From: Leptospiraceae bacterium
GTDB taxonomy: Bacteria; Spirochaetota; Leptospiria; Leptospirales; Leptonemataceae
DNA length: 64,000 nucleotides
Assembly: GCA_040217195.1 (NCBI GenBank)
Contig: JAVJNR010000005.1
Location: 512,001 to 576,000 of the forward strand
Direction of reading: 5' to 3'
The position numbers and the translations under genes are program-made. The notes beneath the pieces were generated by a model, which saw only the letters and a list, made by a program, of their open reading frames with translations, searched no databases and was not told where the DNA came from. This document shows, in pieces, positions 7,701-20,000 of this stretch (position 1 is the stretch's first letter; every line of letters begins with the position of its first letter).

Positions 7701-10616
7701 TGGAACTTTTCGCAACAAGGCGCGGGCACAGCGAGCCAGCCCGGTATCTGTCAGAGAACTCTGTTTCTGCAACCGAACCAGAGCGAATTGCATTTCTTTA
7801 TTTAAGGATACATCGTTCAACCCCTTTAAGAGGGAGACCAGAATACGCCGAATGTCCGGGAATTGTACTCGAGCCCGAATCATATGATACAGGGCCACTC
7901 TCTTCTCTGGCGTTCTTCCTGAATTCGCATCCAGGCCATACCGACGTAACATTCGCGCAGCCGCAGATCTAAAAAAAAGCGAGGGCTGGTATTCCGGATC
8001 ATCCCAGTTTTGAATCAGTCTGTTTAGTTGCCCGAAGTAGGTCTGATCCTTTTCCTTTAATGGTGAAAATAAGAGGTCCAGTGTTGCAAAATCCTGGATC
8101 AATGCAGCCAGGCACTTCTGCTCATTCTCGTCTGGATTCCATTGCCGCCCGGACTGAATACTTGCATCCAGTAAATCTACAACAGGGCCATCCTGCTGAT
8201 AGCCATGGATGAGTGTTCCAGTCAAATGCAGAACTTCCTCTGCTTTGATGGAAGGTTCTTCCATAAGAAAGAGCTCCTTCGGTCCGCTGAAGTAATCTGG
8301 CGGCGTAGCTTCTAATAAATTCTGCTTACCCTCGTCCGGCGAATCCTCTCCGCTTACGCGGAACAATTGTTCTCCCTCGGAGATCGATCTCCCCAGCACC
8401 AGACCATCCGCTGTTTTACCTTTAATCAATTTGTCTTCTTCGCCGTTTTCCAGCAGGAATTCTATCGTTCCATCTCTATCGGCCACAATCTGACATTCCA
8501 TTTTCATGGCAGATATTACAAGTAAGCAGTCCCCTTTACGAACTCCAATTCCAGGTTGCAGCGAGTTTCCGTTTGAGTCCTTACCGAGTTGAACGAATGT
8601 GGCTGCAAAAGGGGCCCGCACGGTGCCTGGTAGGTCCAGTTCCGCTTCCGTGCCCACAGGCTCAATTTGCATCCGATAGTACCGAATACGGCGATCCCTC
8701 TCCATAATTCGAATAGACCGAAATCCGGCGCGATGATCAATTCGAACTGGGGAGCTATATCCATCTCGAATAACCAGAAGGTCATCCATAGAATCCAGTC
8801 TGTTTTGAACTTTCAATTCGCAGTATGGAGTACCATTCACGTATGCATAGTACACTCCTGTACCTTTCCGAAGAAGATCAACAGGAATGGCACCTCCTGC
8901 CATACGCACCCTGTATCCACGGGGCAATTTCTGAGCCTGGATTCGCTCCAGCGCATCACCCAGATCCTGGCATCGAAAGGTTTCTTCTAGATCTCTCTTT
9001 AGCCTGGATTCAAAATCTCCTACGGCCGCAAAGACTGCGGCCTGAACCGGATCCTTTTCTTCCATTCGCTGAAGCTCTTCATTCTGGGTCAGAATCAAGT
9101 TCGAATAGTTACCTTCCACAAAGGATGGATGTCGCACAATGGCCAGGAGCTGATCTACATTTGAAGTGAGTCCTGCAACATATAGCTCGCTCAAAGCCCT
9201 TTCCAGTCTGGAAATAGCTTCATTGCGATCCTTGCCCCGAACGATCAGCTTCCCGATCATGGGGTCATAGTCTGGAAGCACTCGGTCTCCCTGACGAAAT
9301 CCAAAGTCGCAGCGAACACCATTGAAGGTTGGAAGATCCAGTTCGAGAATTCTTCCAGGTGCAGGCGCGAAATCATTCCAGGGATCCTCCGCATAGATTC
9401 TACATTCAATGGCATGTTCCTTCTCTGCAAACCTTAGCCGGAATACTCTTTCGTATGGAATCTCAATTTCCCTGCCATCGTAGTAGAGTAACTGCCATTT
9501 CGCCAGATCTATCTGGAGCGATTGGTCCGTTACTGGATATTCTACCTGTAACCGGGTATTCATCTCCAGAAATCCGAACTGGCCGGTATTGGCATCCAGA
9601 AGAAATTCCACCGTGCCAGCGCCACCTCCCTCGCGATAGCCCGAGCAATGGGCCATGGTTTCCGCCTCCGCCAGAAGTTTCAGCCGGGTATGGTGATCCA
9701 GGAAAGCATCGCCGGACTCTTCGATAATCTTCTGATTTCTGCGCTGAACGGCGCATTTCCGAATTCCGATGGCATGTCCGTTGAAAATCTGAACCTCAAT
9801 GTGCACCGGTACTTCCACCAGCTTTTCCAGGTAGCAATCGCTATTTCCATAGTTCTGCTGACCGATTCGCCTGGCAGACTCCAGGGCCCGGGAAAGCTCA
9901 GATGGATGTTCCACCGCAAACATCCCTTTACCACCTCCACCGGCATCAAGTTTCAATATTACAGGAAAACCTATCCGCTCTGCCTCCTCTTTCGCATGAT
10001 TTTCATCTTTAAGGATGGCGCTTCCTTCGAACAGAGCCACACCATTTTCTCGCGCAAGTCTGCGAGCATCGATCTTATTGCTCACGCGACGCATGGTCTT
10101 TGATCCTGGGCCCATGAACATTAGCCCATCGTTCGTTACCGAGGATACATCCGCATCCTGGTTCAGAAAGCCAGGATGCATTTTAGAATCCGCGGAGGGC
10201 GATTTTTCATGCTCATCCAGTGGAAATTCCGTTTCGTTATTGGCTTCCTCCAGAGCTTCCACAAATCGAAAGTCCTCGGATAGGAAGCCGTACCCTGGGT
10301 AAATTGCATTGGCACCGGTTAGTTTTGCAGCGGCGATGATGGTTGCCGGGTCTGCATAGTTTCGTGCTTCTCCGATGTAGACAACCTGATTGGCAAATTC
10401 AAACCAGGATTGCTGCCGGTCCACATCCGTAACTACAGCGACGGAAGGAATCCCTTCCTCTTTAAGCAAGAAGAAGAATCTTCGAGCTATTTCACCTCGG
10501 TTGGCTACAAGAACCTTCTGCAGTCTTCCCTTTCGTTTGCCCACGGTGGGATCGGTGCACACCGCAGGGTTCAGAACCCTTAGATTTTCCAGAGCAACGG
10601 CAATTTCCTTTTTCAT
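4791..10616 (-). CDS. Single-chain biotin-dependent acyl-CoA (probably acetyl-CoA) carboxylase: BC, BCCP, central region and CT
   Basis: BC motifs ANRGEIA, PGYGFLSE, GGGGKGM, QRRNQKIIEE, FLEMNTRLQVEYP and YDPMIGKL; biotinylation motif AMKM (8499-8510); CT motifs GAGANIKEG, TGSNVIRSVTGE, PGFLPG and AVMGAEAA. Confidence 0.93.
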   Translation of the reverse strand: MKKEIAVALENLRVLNPAVCTDPTVGKRKGRLQKVLVANRGEIARRFFFLLKEEGIPSVAVVTDVDRQQSWFEFANQVVYIGEARNYADPATIIAAAKLTGANAIYPGYGFLSEDFRFVEALEEANNETEFPLDEHEKSPSADSKMHPGFLNQDADVSSVTNDGLMFMGPGSKTMRRVSNKIDARRLARENGVALFEGSAILKDENHAKEEAERIGFPVILKLDAGGGGKGMFAVEHPSELSRALESARRIGQQNYGNSDCYLEKLVEVPVHIEVQIFNGHAIGIRKCAVQRRNQKIIEESGDAFLDHHTRLKLLAEAETMAHCSGYREGGGAGTVEFLLDANTGQFGFLEMNTRLQVEYPVTDQSLQIDLAKWQLLYYDGREIEIPYERVFRLRFAEKEHAIECRIYAEDPWNDFAPAPGRILELDLPTFNGVRCDFGFRQGDRVLPDYDPMIGKLIVRGKDRNEAISRLERALSELYVAGLTSNVDQLLAIVRHPSFVEGNYSNLILTQNEELQRMEEKDPVQAAVFAAVGDFESRLKRDLEETFRCQDLGDALERIQAQKLPRGYRVRMAGGAIPVDLLRKGTGVYYAYVNGTPYCELKVQNRLDSMDDLLVIRDGYSSPVRIDHRAGFRSIRIMERDRRIRYYRMQIEPVGTEAELDLPGTVRAPFAATFVQLGKDSNGNSLQPGIGVRKGDCLLVISAMKMECQIVADRDGTIEFLLENGEEDKLIKGKTADGLVLGRSISEGEQLFRVSGEDSPDEGKQNLLEATPPDYFSGPKELFLMEEPSIKAEEVLHLTGTLIHGYQQDGPVVDLLDASIQSGRQWNPDENEQKCLAALIQDFATLDLLFSPLKEKDQTYFGQLNRLIQNWDDPEYQPSLFFRSAAARMLRRYGLDANSGRTPEKRVALYHMIRARVQFPDIRRILVSLLKGLNDVSLNKEMQFALVRLQKQSSLTDTGLARCARALLRKVPLESSRSLDPGQLPISENQIQNYLQPEWPDFVRMEIERLLELDSVKEDLDQRDISGAEHSRYEQNWVRIDSGHRNVATYVHKQGKPGYCMVWLDDDSTNAESVLRDDTGIPDLERAARSASKALKKLQSDYPAVRWKLHILGHGQIAAMDFRSIHGYSQYESIMKVIRRLVVHYLPLPVDSVIADYLTREYSGSTKRRLFRISALNGQARLEMVPEEDPVHPNGSADIDDATRGLLEKGKWTPEIWARETFDPGTIREIRFPRLEAMLELDGENQKANLPNRLRRIGSRLFAGEMHNQDCLFYIKDSRVNGGATGNLEGQMYVASLHYAYLSDTPIYIWNDGAGANIKEGMIALNRAAEGFFFNALTSNRPKYDEYFRRCTEIQDPEIHELLSDVESMVESDGKIQPESFFLAAVGMGSSTGLDVYGSSQAPIQVMLDEPGSFRVLTGSNVIRSVTGEDLTNYEIGGAPVMGFTGTVDRIARDKSELILEIRKIHRLMRTAEKPEKEKSLSYSLPDSAALRNNGQTDSMFGSYVTHALLDFCTGGELISLKENYSAAGALGAWLGRIQGQPYLIMGPGEAGIRSIAAIHKARDLLRAADRLALPVILFFGKHWYRPGPETEATERIRARMDFLRTCANLRSSTYHMVLDPEGLNRVALNQNAEAIILVSPDKDPDIEAESPADFQESSIFSAFMRISEINALSAMRTGTPPELELQLPEASQPFDMKEILRGIVDSRTLMFWQDSRPEPNLITATARLNGKSIAIIADQPVRGGVPDARGTERFRQFVERIDVRGLPLLMLSNAPGFLPGTQQERLRIQQIGGESLDVNVLSSIPIVSVVLRQNYGGRQIHAFSRFLRPGIYSIALRDATMAVMGAEAAFELFKQKEYQKLLREERIHEARKLRSEYLDDYRARFRADQDALGSGALDEVVDAIDLRDSIIRGFDVAENRTARWKGDVFLKRKSIEPSYS

Positions 10617-11014
10617 ACCATTCTCTCCATGGAAACCTGTGCGATTGCATAATCTACAGAGTGACTCAATGATACTCTGCTTCTTAGTTCATTTGATCTC
10701 ACGAATTGATCGGTTTGGCCGCTAAACTGGAAGAACGGTCTGCCATACTCATCCTTACAGATAGATGCTTCCCGGTATTGAAAGTTAAAGGCAGCCGGGC
10801 TGCTGATTCTTGCTCCATCCAGTGCCTTTAAACAGGCTTCCTTCGCAGCGTACCGAACAGCAAATCTCTGAGCCTGCTGCTGAGGGGCTGCATTCATACA
10901 ATAATCGAATTCTAAGTTCGAAAAGTAATCCTTGAAGAAGGAGGTACCCGGCTCTGCCAGAGCTGCTGCAAATTCAGGTACATGCACGATGTCGACTCCA
11001 ATCCCGTAGATCAT
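10613..11014 (-). CDS. acpS: Holo-ACP synthase (AcpS-type 4'-phosphopantetheinyl transferase)
   Basis: MIYGIGVDIV, RFAVRYAAKEACLKAL, GRP and VSLSH motifs; ATGA overlaps with both neighbours. Confidence 0.93.
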   Translation of the reverse strand: MIYGIGVDIVHVPEFAAALAEPGTSFFKDYFSNLEFDYCMNAAPQQQAQRFAVRYAAKEACLKALDGARISSPAAFNFQYREASICKDEYGRPFFQFSGQTDQFVRSNELRSRVSLSHSVDYAIAQVSMERMV

Positions 11015-14000
11015 TTCGCCACCTCCCTGGTTTCGAAACGACCTTCAGTAGCATTCCAGCGACTATCGGAATTCAGTAGCATTTCTGCTTCTTCGCTTAG
11101 TTCCCGGGGTTCTGGAACCCTTCGCACAAACAGGGGATTCTGTAACCCGGTTCTCATTTCATGAAGTCTTCTCACAATTGAACGGGATCGTTTCTGTAAT
11201 TTGCTTCTATATAGCTTTTTCTCTTCCTGAGTCAAAAAGCTTTCAAACAACACTCCGGAGATTAGCAGGCCCATGGCCCCCACATGTCCAAATCCCAGAG
11301 TACTGAAAAGACCGGCTTTAATTCTACCTTCGCCCAGATGAATCGTTTCATCCGTAAAAAGTAGATGCGAAAATTCGTTCATGGCCCGGTCCACGTTTTG
11401 AAGGCTACGGTTCCCGGGAATTATGCCTGAGTGCATGCATTGTAGCAAACCTATCATCTGCCAGCTGGCCGCCCCGGCCTTGGAATGCCCTGTGTAGGAC
11501 TTCTGCGACACCACCGGAAGTGGATTTCCGGGATGCCGACCCAGCTGTTTCTGTATTGTTTCGTGGAGACGGTTTTCGTTTACATCGTTCGCCTTCGTGG
11601 ATGTATCATGTTTGTAAATGACACCTATGTCATCCGCACCCAGTCCGAAATTTGCAAGCGCCTCTCCCAGCGGGGAACGGCTCTGACAGGTATCACTTGC
11701 AGCCGGGCCAGATACTTCATTTCCTGTCTTTATATCAGAAACGCTTGAATGCGCTGCTTTCGCCTCCGGTCCCGCTACGGACTCCCGGGCTATGGAAAGC
11801 AATCCCTGACCGGGGGCTGGAATGGACATATGTAATCCATCTGAATGGGTAGCTGACATGCCCACCATGCCATACACCGGCAGGCCCATTTCGAATGCCA
11901 GGTCTCCCCGGGCCAGAAGTAGCAACCCTCCACCATGACTTTCAACGAATCCCCCTCTTCTAGAATCGTTGGGTCGTGACATTCTTGCCGGCTCAATCCC
12001 TCGGTCCAGCATCTCATTGGTCTTCGCAGTGGCTTCCATATCGCCAAAGCCAATCATTCCCTGGGCACTTATTTCATCGAAACCTCCGGCCATCAAAAAC
12101 TTGGCCTTTCCGGACTGAAATAGATTCATAGCCATGTCCAGAGATACCCCTCCAGTGGCACATGCAGCTACTGGAGTTTGTATGGGCCCGGTTGAACCCA
12201 GGTAGGCTGTTACTGCGTAGGCTACAGTTACGTTGATTAGAGTTTCCTGCAATGCATCGTTCTGTCTTGTGCGATTGAGCAAATGATCTGTGAAAACCGA
12301 GTTCAGCCTGGAAGTGCCTCCCAGGCCCCCTCCCACTGTGCTGCCTGCATCCGATGGATGAATGTATTCGAAGAGCTCCGACGGTTCCATGCCGGCCTGC
12401 AAAAAGGCCTCCGCTGTGGAAATAAGATTAAACAGAGTCACCCGATCTACCTGTCGGATCAGCTCCCTGGATAAACCGTAACGCTCCGGATCCCATCCAT
12501 CCGGGATCTGTCCGGCCACAAAGCGGTCCAGTCCCACACTCTTAAGCACTCGAATGGTAGTTCCTGCTTTTCTGCGTATAAACCAGCGATCCTTTTGCGA
12601 ATCATGATAGACATCTGTGTCCTCTGGAAGAGCGTCCTGAAATTCTCTGCCTTCGCCTTCATCGGCCACAGGAATATAGAAATCCTCTTCCAGAACAATT
12701 TCGGAATAAACTGGCTGATGGCCAGGATCAAATCCAGTCACCTCCGGGTTTACTAATCTAATTCCGGTGCCGCTTCGAAATCGATCTCCGTATTTTCGAG
12801 AAACTTCCGCTGCGTTAACAATTTCTCCTGATTCCGTATCGACCCAGAAGTAGCCTTCGCCCGTATTCTTATACTCAATCAGTCCCATGGTCCAGGCAAG
12901 CTCCACCGAAGCTTCCAGAGAAAGGTCCCCTCCTTGCTCCAGCTCCCATCGAGTCCTGGTGCTACCTCCCGGGCTCACTTCACCGAATCCAACCACGCAT
13001 ACAATGTCCTCCAGTGACAGGTTGGATTTAATTTCCGTCTGTTCAACCGGTCCGAGCGCTATACTGGAACTATACAGTTCCAGAGGTTTCACCGTTCTTA
13101 CCGACTGTTTCTCCTCGATGTTCAGTTCGAGGGCATAGAGAGCTCGAGCCCTGGTAGATTTTCTTAGAAGCTCTTCGCGAATGGATTGCACTTTTTCGCG
13201 GAGTCCGGTAAGATTTGTTAGTCCACCGGTCAGATCTGCCATCAAGGGCGATGGATCACTCCAGGCATTGAAGCCCATTATACTGGTTATCAGCTCTGCC
13301 ATTTCCTGACTGTGAAAGGTGCGAATCCCATGTACTTTTTCCATCTCAGGGGCTACCACATCGTTCAGTGCCATCAGGCCTGTGCTTCGCACCCAGCCGA
13401 TTCGCACAGCTTTCAATGAACAATAGCGTCCCCACTGTTCGTATTCCGAGTACCACTTTCGCAACATCACTTCCAGAGCCAATTTCGACTCAGCATAAAG
13501 TCCATCTTTGCCGAAGGCTCCATGGTTTGGTGACAGAGGCAGAATAAACTGAAAAGGTCCCTTCAGAAATCGCTTCCTGTACTGCTCCACCACTTCAGCA
13601 AGCAAAGACTGAACTCCCAAAAGCATAACTCGAATACCGGCAAGGCTATCTGGTCCTACAGAAGCCAGGTCCCCTTCCTCCCCTATGGCTCCAAAGGGCA
13701 GAATAGTATCTGGTATCCAATCCTGGTCAAAGCAATACTCCACCAGATCCCGGATGTCTGAAAGCGAGCCCTGGGAAAAAGGGATTACTATTAGGCTGGA
13801 ATCCTTTGAAGCAGAGATCTGATACACATCCTTGTAAAACTCCAACCGATCATCCGAGTAGGTGCTTGTTCCCAGAATCACCGTGGCGCCGGAACTGAGT
13901 AGATTTCGCACTATATCAAGAGCTATTGAGCCCGGACCAGCTCCGGTCACCAGGATGCAACGACCGGACAGGTTCATTGGATTGCTTGATGATGGTAATT

Positions 14001-17000
14001 GTTTCAAAAACTCTTCAACTGAACAATCATAGTCCTGAAAGCTCTGGCCTTCATCATTGCTTCGTCGAAAGGATGCATGGCCGGAGTCAAAAAGTTCCGG
14101 AATTACATTTCCAGGCTCTTCGATGGATCGCAGGTTTAGACTTCCGTCCCTGGATATCTCGGTTTCGCATTGGATCCGTCCGTGTATAGAATAGTATCCG
14201 CTGCTGGCTATCTGTAGATCCTCTTTGAGTTCCTGAACTCTAATCTCTACATCTGGATTTCTATGGTGGGCCTTACGCTCCATGTAGCCAAGCAAGGATT
14301 CAAGACTATCTGCACAGCTGCGGCTCTGACGCTTCAGGCTTTCGCTGAAATGGGGTCGATTTCCGGTCATTAGTTCCCAGAATTCGCAATAAAGATTCTT
14401 ACGAATCCAGGGCAGGGGGTTGTCGAAATGAACTACCTTCCGAGAGTCAAACCTTGATTCCAGTATGGACTTGTATTGTTTACCATGCTCTTTGTCGCTT
14501 GTTACGGAAGCATTTGCCAGAGTTGTTCGATCCTGAACGATGAGTGGCTCAAAGGGATCCTGTCCCAGTAGTTGCTGGCTTGTAGCCCGAATCAGTCGAG
14601 CAAAGCTACCTTCCAATCCAAAGTACCTGGCTTCCAGTTCCGCCAGAGCGGCTGAATCCACGGCCACTGCTCCTGTCCGGGAATCATCGCTCTGGATTTG
14701 AATTCCCTTTTCCTGGGCAAGGCTGTGCAGGGCCTTTTCCAGCCATTGATCGGCCTGATCTTTGCTTGAGAATCTCTTATCCACAGGCAGAGAACCCAGA
14801 TTTCCATCCCGGATGGACGGACCACTGCGGGCCATTAATGGAAACCTCACAGTTGCCAGAATGATTAAACCTTCTGGCGCAGACTTTGATCTAAGAAATT
14901 CCAGCACTTCCGGTCGATTTCGCCCGGGGGGCATAAATTCTTTTAGAAAATTCTCAAATGCAGCTCGAAGATAAGGCCCAGGTCCACCGTAGGAAACCTT
15001 TCGCCTCAATAGATCAATTACATCGCTGAGCCTCTTTTCTTGAACTCCTTCCAGTTCAGATGTATTGAACTCAGACGCCAGATCTGCAAGAACCTGATTT
15101 CTCTTACTCGAATTACCTCCGAAGATTTCATCAATGGTTTCCGATTCCTGAATTTGTTCTGCTCTAAGCTCAGCCTTCCAGGCAAGAAGCGCAAAAAGCC
15201 CCTCCTTCGCATCCATCAATTTTCCAGGATCAGCGCTTTCAGACTGAATTTGTTTTGTCCCTTTCTCGCTTAAATCCTTCGCGTCAGGTTCCTCTTGCCC
15301 CACAGATGCTGATGGGCGGCTTACCTTTGACTCCGGCTTATCGCTTTGGCTGATTTCCATTTTCGTTTCAGATTCAACCGGTGCCTTCGCCTCGTCCAAC
15401 TCCGATTCAGACCGAGCAATTGCCGATTCGGCGGACTCTTTACTTCTATGGTCTTCGTAAAGATCAAATGCATCTTCCATTCTCTGGAAAACCCGGGCTT
15501 CATCCTCTTCTACGTGCAGAACCTCCACAGCATGAGGCAGATCCATTTGTTTCAGAGTCTGACGTGCCATACCGGCCAGGTCCCCCCTTGCTCCGATATC
15601 GATTACTCGGCGAATACCCTTTTCCTGAAACAGATAATCCTGGGTTTGAATCCACAACACTGGCTGCGCGAACTGATAAGCCAATAGCTCAATTAGCAAA
15701 AGCTTTCTGGCCTCTGCCAGAGGGATGGAACTATCCTGGATTTCTCTTATCGCAGAGGAACCGGTCTTACTCTGCACAGCCCTTAAGAATTCATCTGTCA
15801 GAGTAAAGGGTTGAGCTACCAGGTTGGGAATATAGCGTCCGTCCAGTGTTTCCAGACCGTTAACGGAATTCAGGTTTTGCTGAAGCACTTCCCGGAACGC
15901 TGAAACTCCCGGCAATAGAATACTTGAATGAAAAGGTACATCGATTCCCGGAATTCGCACAAAGGTCTTATGACCTCCGGATACTTTCCGCAAATCAGCC
16001 TCCAGTGCTTCAATAGCATCAATGTGTCCTGTGACTGAATACTGACGATCTCGAATATTGAAGTTTACAATCTCCAGGGGCTTATCCACTTTAGCCCGCG
16101 TTTCAGCCACCAGTTCTTCAATTCGCATTTCTGAAAGTCCGGCCTTTTTGTTTCCCAGAACCACAGTCATGCGATAGGGACTATTTCCATGCTCGTCGCG
16201 CTCCACCAGAGACTGCATCGTAAGACCACGATGGTATACGATTCGAATAACCGATTCCAGCGGAAGTATACCCTGACTGGCCAGAGCCGCGTACTCTCCC
16301 AGAGAATGTCCGGCAAAGCAAGCATCCCGGGATAACAAGCCGTTTTCTCTGAGGATAGCCCAGTCTGCCATGGCTTTGGCAACCAATCCGACCTGAGTGA
16401 ACTGAGTAAGATTCAATACGCCCTTTGGGTGTCGGAATTTTTCATGCCCAATGCGAACCTCCTCGGGATTGTTTCTAACTATGTCCAGGATGGAAAATCC
16501 AAGCTCCTCTGTTGTTACCACTTCTGCTTGATCCCAGACTTGCCGGGCGGATGCGTACCGGTCATAGAATGCCATACCCATTCCCTGGGACTGAGACCCC
16601 TGGCCGGTAAATACATAGGCCGTGGGCACCTGCTCTATGGTTGCCTGTCCCAGGTATACCTGAACTCCACTCTCGGTTATCGCCTCCACTCTAAGGTTTT
16701 TCCTTCCTCTTGAGTTGGACACATGATAGGTGCGGATGAAGAATTCCTGTCCCGGGTGCAGGGGCGCCTGAAACTGAGATTTGAGCGAAGTAACCCTGGA
16801 TGCATCCCCGGCTGCCACATTTCGCACCAGAGAGTCCAGGATTCGCGCAGATGTCCACATGCCGTGAACTATGGGACTGGAGAACCCGGCCTCCAGGGCC
16901 ATATGCGAATCCAGATGAATTGGATTCAGATCACCGGAAGCATTTGCATAATCGTTCATGCTTGATGGGCTCTCATCTTTTTCAGAGTAGATCAGTACAG

Positions 17001-20000
17001 GCTTTTCCAGGGTCACTTCTTCGGAGCTCACCGGAAACAGATTCAGTAGCTTTTCCAGTGGACTGTTTTTACCCTTCCAGTCCAGGTTCACTCGACCCAC
17101 AGGTAGTCCCTGTTGATTCAATTTTCCTTGCACAATCCAATGGGAAGTTCCATCCACCCGGCGCTTAATAATGGCTTTTTCTGGATGGATGGAGACTCTC
17201 CAACCAGGTCCGATTGTTCCGCATTTAAGAAAATCCAGGCCCCTTAAAAATGAAACCGATGCATCGTCTGGCGGTAGAAATTCCAGAGTTTCAGGCCGGT
17301 ATATCTCTGTATTCTCAGTTGGCGCTTCGCCGCGAATCAAGAATCCAGAAACGAAGGATAGAATCACATCCTGCGTTTGATTTCGCAGTTCTCCTCGGAT
17401 TTGAACTTCTTTGCCACTTGCGTTCCAGAGGATTCGCTCTATCCGGGCTCTTGCCTGCACCCTTTCGCCGGTTTTCCATTGAAAGTATCCCTTACCCCAT
17501 TTGAACTCTTGAAATAAATGCACAAGTTGCATTACATCGCCGGCTGCTTCGGGCTCGAATAGGGAGCGAAGCATGGGTTTCCAGCCAGCCACGATGGCGA
17601 AGGAACTCAGAGCACTGCTCTGTCCGTCCACAGCTGCGCGAAACGATTCCAATTGCCTGTCATCCAGGATAAATGAGTACTCCTGGCCTCCGGGGCTAGC
17701 TTCTTGCAAGTCCCAGAGAGATTGATAAAAATCCTGGGAGGTTTTTACAGGAGAGCTGAGTTCCAGAAATCGGGCCCAGGGAAGCCCACTATCCTGAAAT
17801 TGACGCAAAAAGGCAGGACCACCAGACAGAGGAAAGCGGCGAAACAGTATTGAATCACCTTCCAGACTGAGCTCTGCCATAACATGCTTTTTGCCTCTGA
17901 CTCCGGTTCTATAGGCGGTGAGCGCAACCAGGCTACCATCCTTTCCAAGATCCCAGCCCAGACTCATCCCTTCCTCGAGAGCAAAGGCCTGCGGTATTGT
18001 AGAGAGTATCTTTTTATGACCTCGAACCACGAAACGAGCCTTTAGAAGAGTGCAAAGTATGCCCCTGCTTTGAAGACACAATTCGGAAAGCTTATCCAGT
18101 CCGTCTGCGATTGCAGCGTGGGCGGTTTCAGATTCTGAGAGATGGAGTACTTCGTCGGAAGGTTTGCTAGATGCGAAGACCGCCTGCTCAAAGCTCTTGA
18201 GTATCTCTACGACTGGCTCATTCGCTTTTTGAATTCCTGCAACTGCAACTGGTCCAGGAATCCAGGCGCACTGGTCTGGATCAACTCCTTCGCAATGGGA
18301 GTACCAGAGAGAATCCGACCGATACCATTTCAGAAGAGATTCATCCAGGTAAGGAATAAAATTTACCGGCTTACCCGGTTTACGACAAACCTCATAGAAA
18401 TATTGCACATCTTCGGGAAGTACCGGGAGATCAGAAATGCCCGGATGATCAGAGCGAAGTGATTCAATAAAATCAGCAGGACTATTTGAATCGCGCTGCA
18501 GAACAGATTCCTCTTCGGTCTCAGCAAATCTACTCTGTACTCTTTCCAGAAGATTATGAAATCTATCTCTAAATGAGACATCGATAAAAGGCTCATCTGG
18601 CCAGAGACCTTCCGGAGCCTTTAATCGATCACCGGGGGCAGTAAGCTCCAGAAACCTGCGAAGCATCTGTTCATAAGTCATTTCCTCGACGTCACCAAAG
18701 TATGGTTTCACCGTTGCATTTAAAGACTCAATAATGCGAAGGCGATTTTCGGCGATTATTTGATTCGCTTTCTCTCCACCGGCATCGGACAGAAGCTTTT
18801 CCAGATAGCTGGAAGTAGCAGACCAATGATTGGAAGCGTAATAGATATCTGCCCCCAGACCGGAACGACCGGAGACCACATCGGAACCTTTCTGATTCTT
18901 TCGAACATCAGACCAATCGCTTCCGGACAGATTGACCAGTGCTTCCTTAACAGTATTGCTAGTGGCCGCCTCCCTGGCTGCCATCAGTCGGGTGCCAAGA
19001 AAGACTCCATCCACCGGCATGCATGTCTCTGACCAGGTCCCCTGTAGCCATTGATTGGCCTGCTCCGGACTATGAATCCCTCCCCCCACTGTAAGGATTA
19101 CATTCTCTCTGGAGCGAATCCTCGAATAGTTTCGCTCGATTAGTTCCTCAAGATTCTCCCAGCTATGATGCCCGCCGGCCGCTCCACCTTCTACCTGCAT
19201 AATGAGCTTTCGTTCCGGTTTTTCAGCTGCGATTTCCAGAACCTGTGCGATCTGCTTATGGGTGCCTGGCTTAAAGGAGTTAATACAGATACCGACGGAT
19301 TCCAATCCGTCCAGAATTTCCAGAGCTTCTTTTTTGTCCGGAATACCTGCAGATATGGTTACTCCATCGATGGGATAACCTTCCTGTTTTAGTTTGCGCA
19401 CCAGAGGATACTGCAGATTCCAGAGATAAGCATCCAGATACAGTAGATTGACAATAATTCCCTGACCGGACGGTAATTGATTTGCCTGACGCTGAATTCG
19501 CTGTCTGAATATCGCCTCCGTTACCTGGCCTCCTCCGGCCCACTCTACAATTCTTCCTTCGCAGGCAGCAGAAAGCACAATATCAATTTCTGCAGTAGTA
19601 GGCGTCATACCACCGCCAAAAATAGGTGGCCTTCCGGTAAACCTGGAATACGCGTTCAATGCGATGCAACTTCCATCTGGAAGTTTACCCTGCACTGGGG
19701 CATAATCCTTCCAGGGCCTGGTGCGGCGAAAAGATCCGTTTATCAGTTTATCAATTCCGGATTTCTTATGTAAACCTGGTTGAATCGCACCCACCGGCTC
19801 CAGATAGGGCCTACTTATGGCGCGAATGCTTTCCCCGGGACCAAAGCTAAGACAGTAAGAGGCCCCCAGACCGGCTGCTTTTTGCATCAGTCTGTGCCAA
19901 TCCACCTTTCGAATAGTCGAAGCTTCTACCACATATTGTTCCAGATCACCTACTTCCTGCAGATTACGGCCATTCAAAGGATCCAAAACCGGAATCTTGA

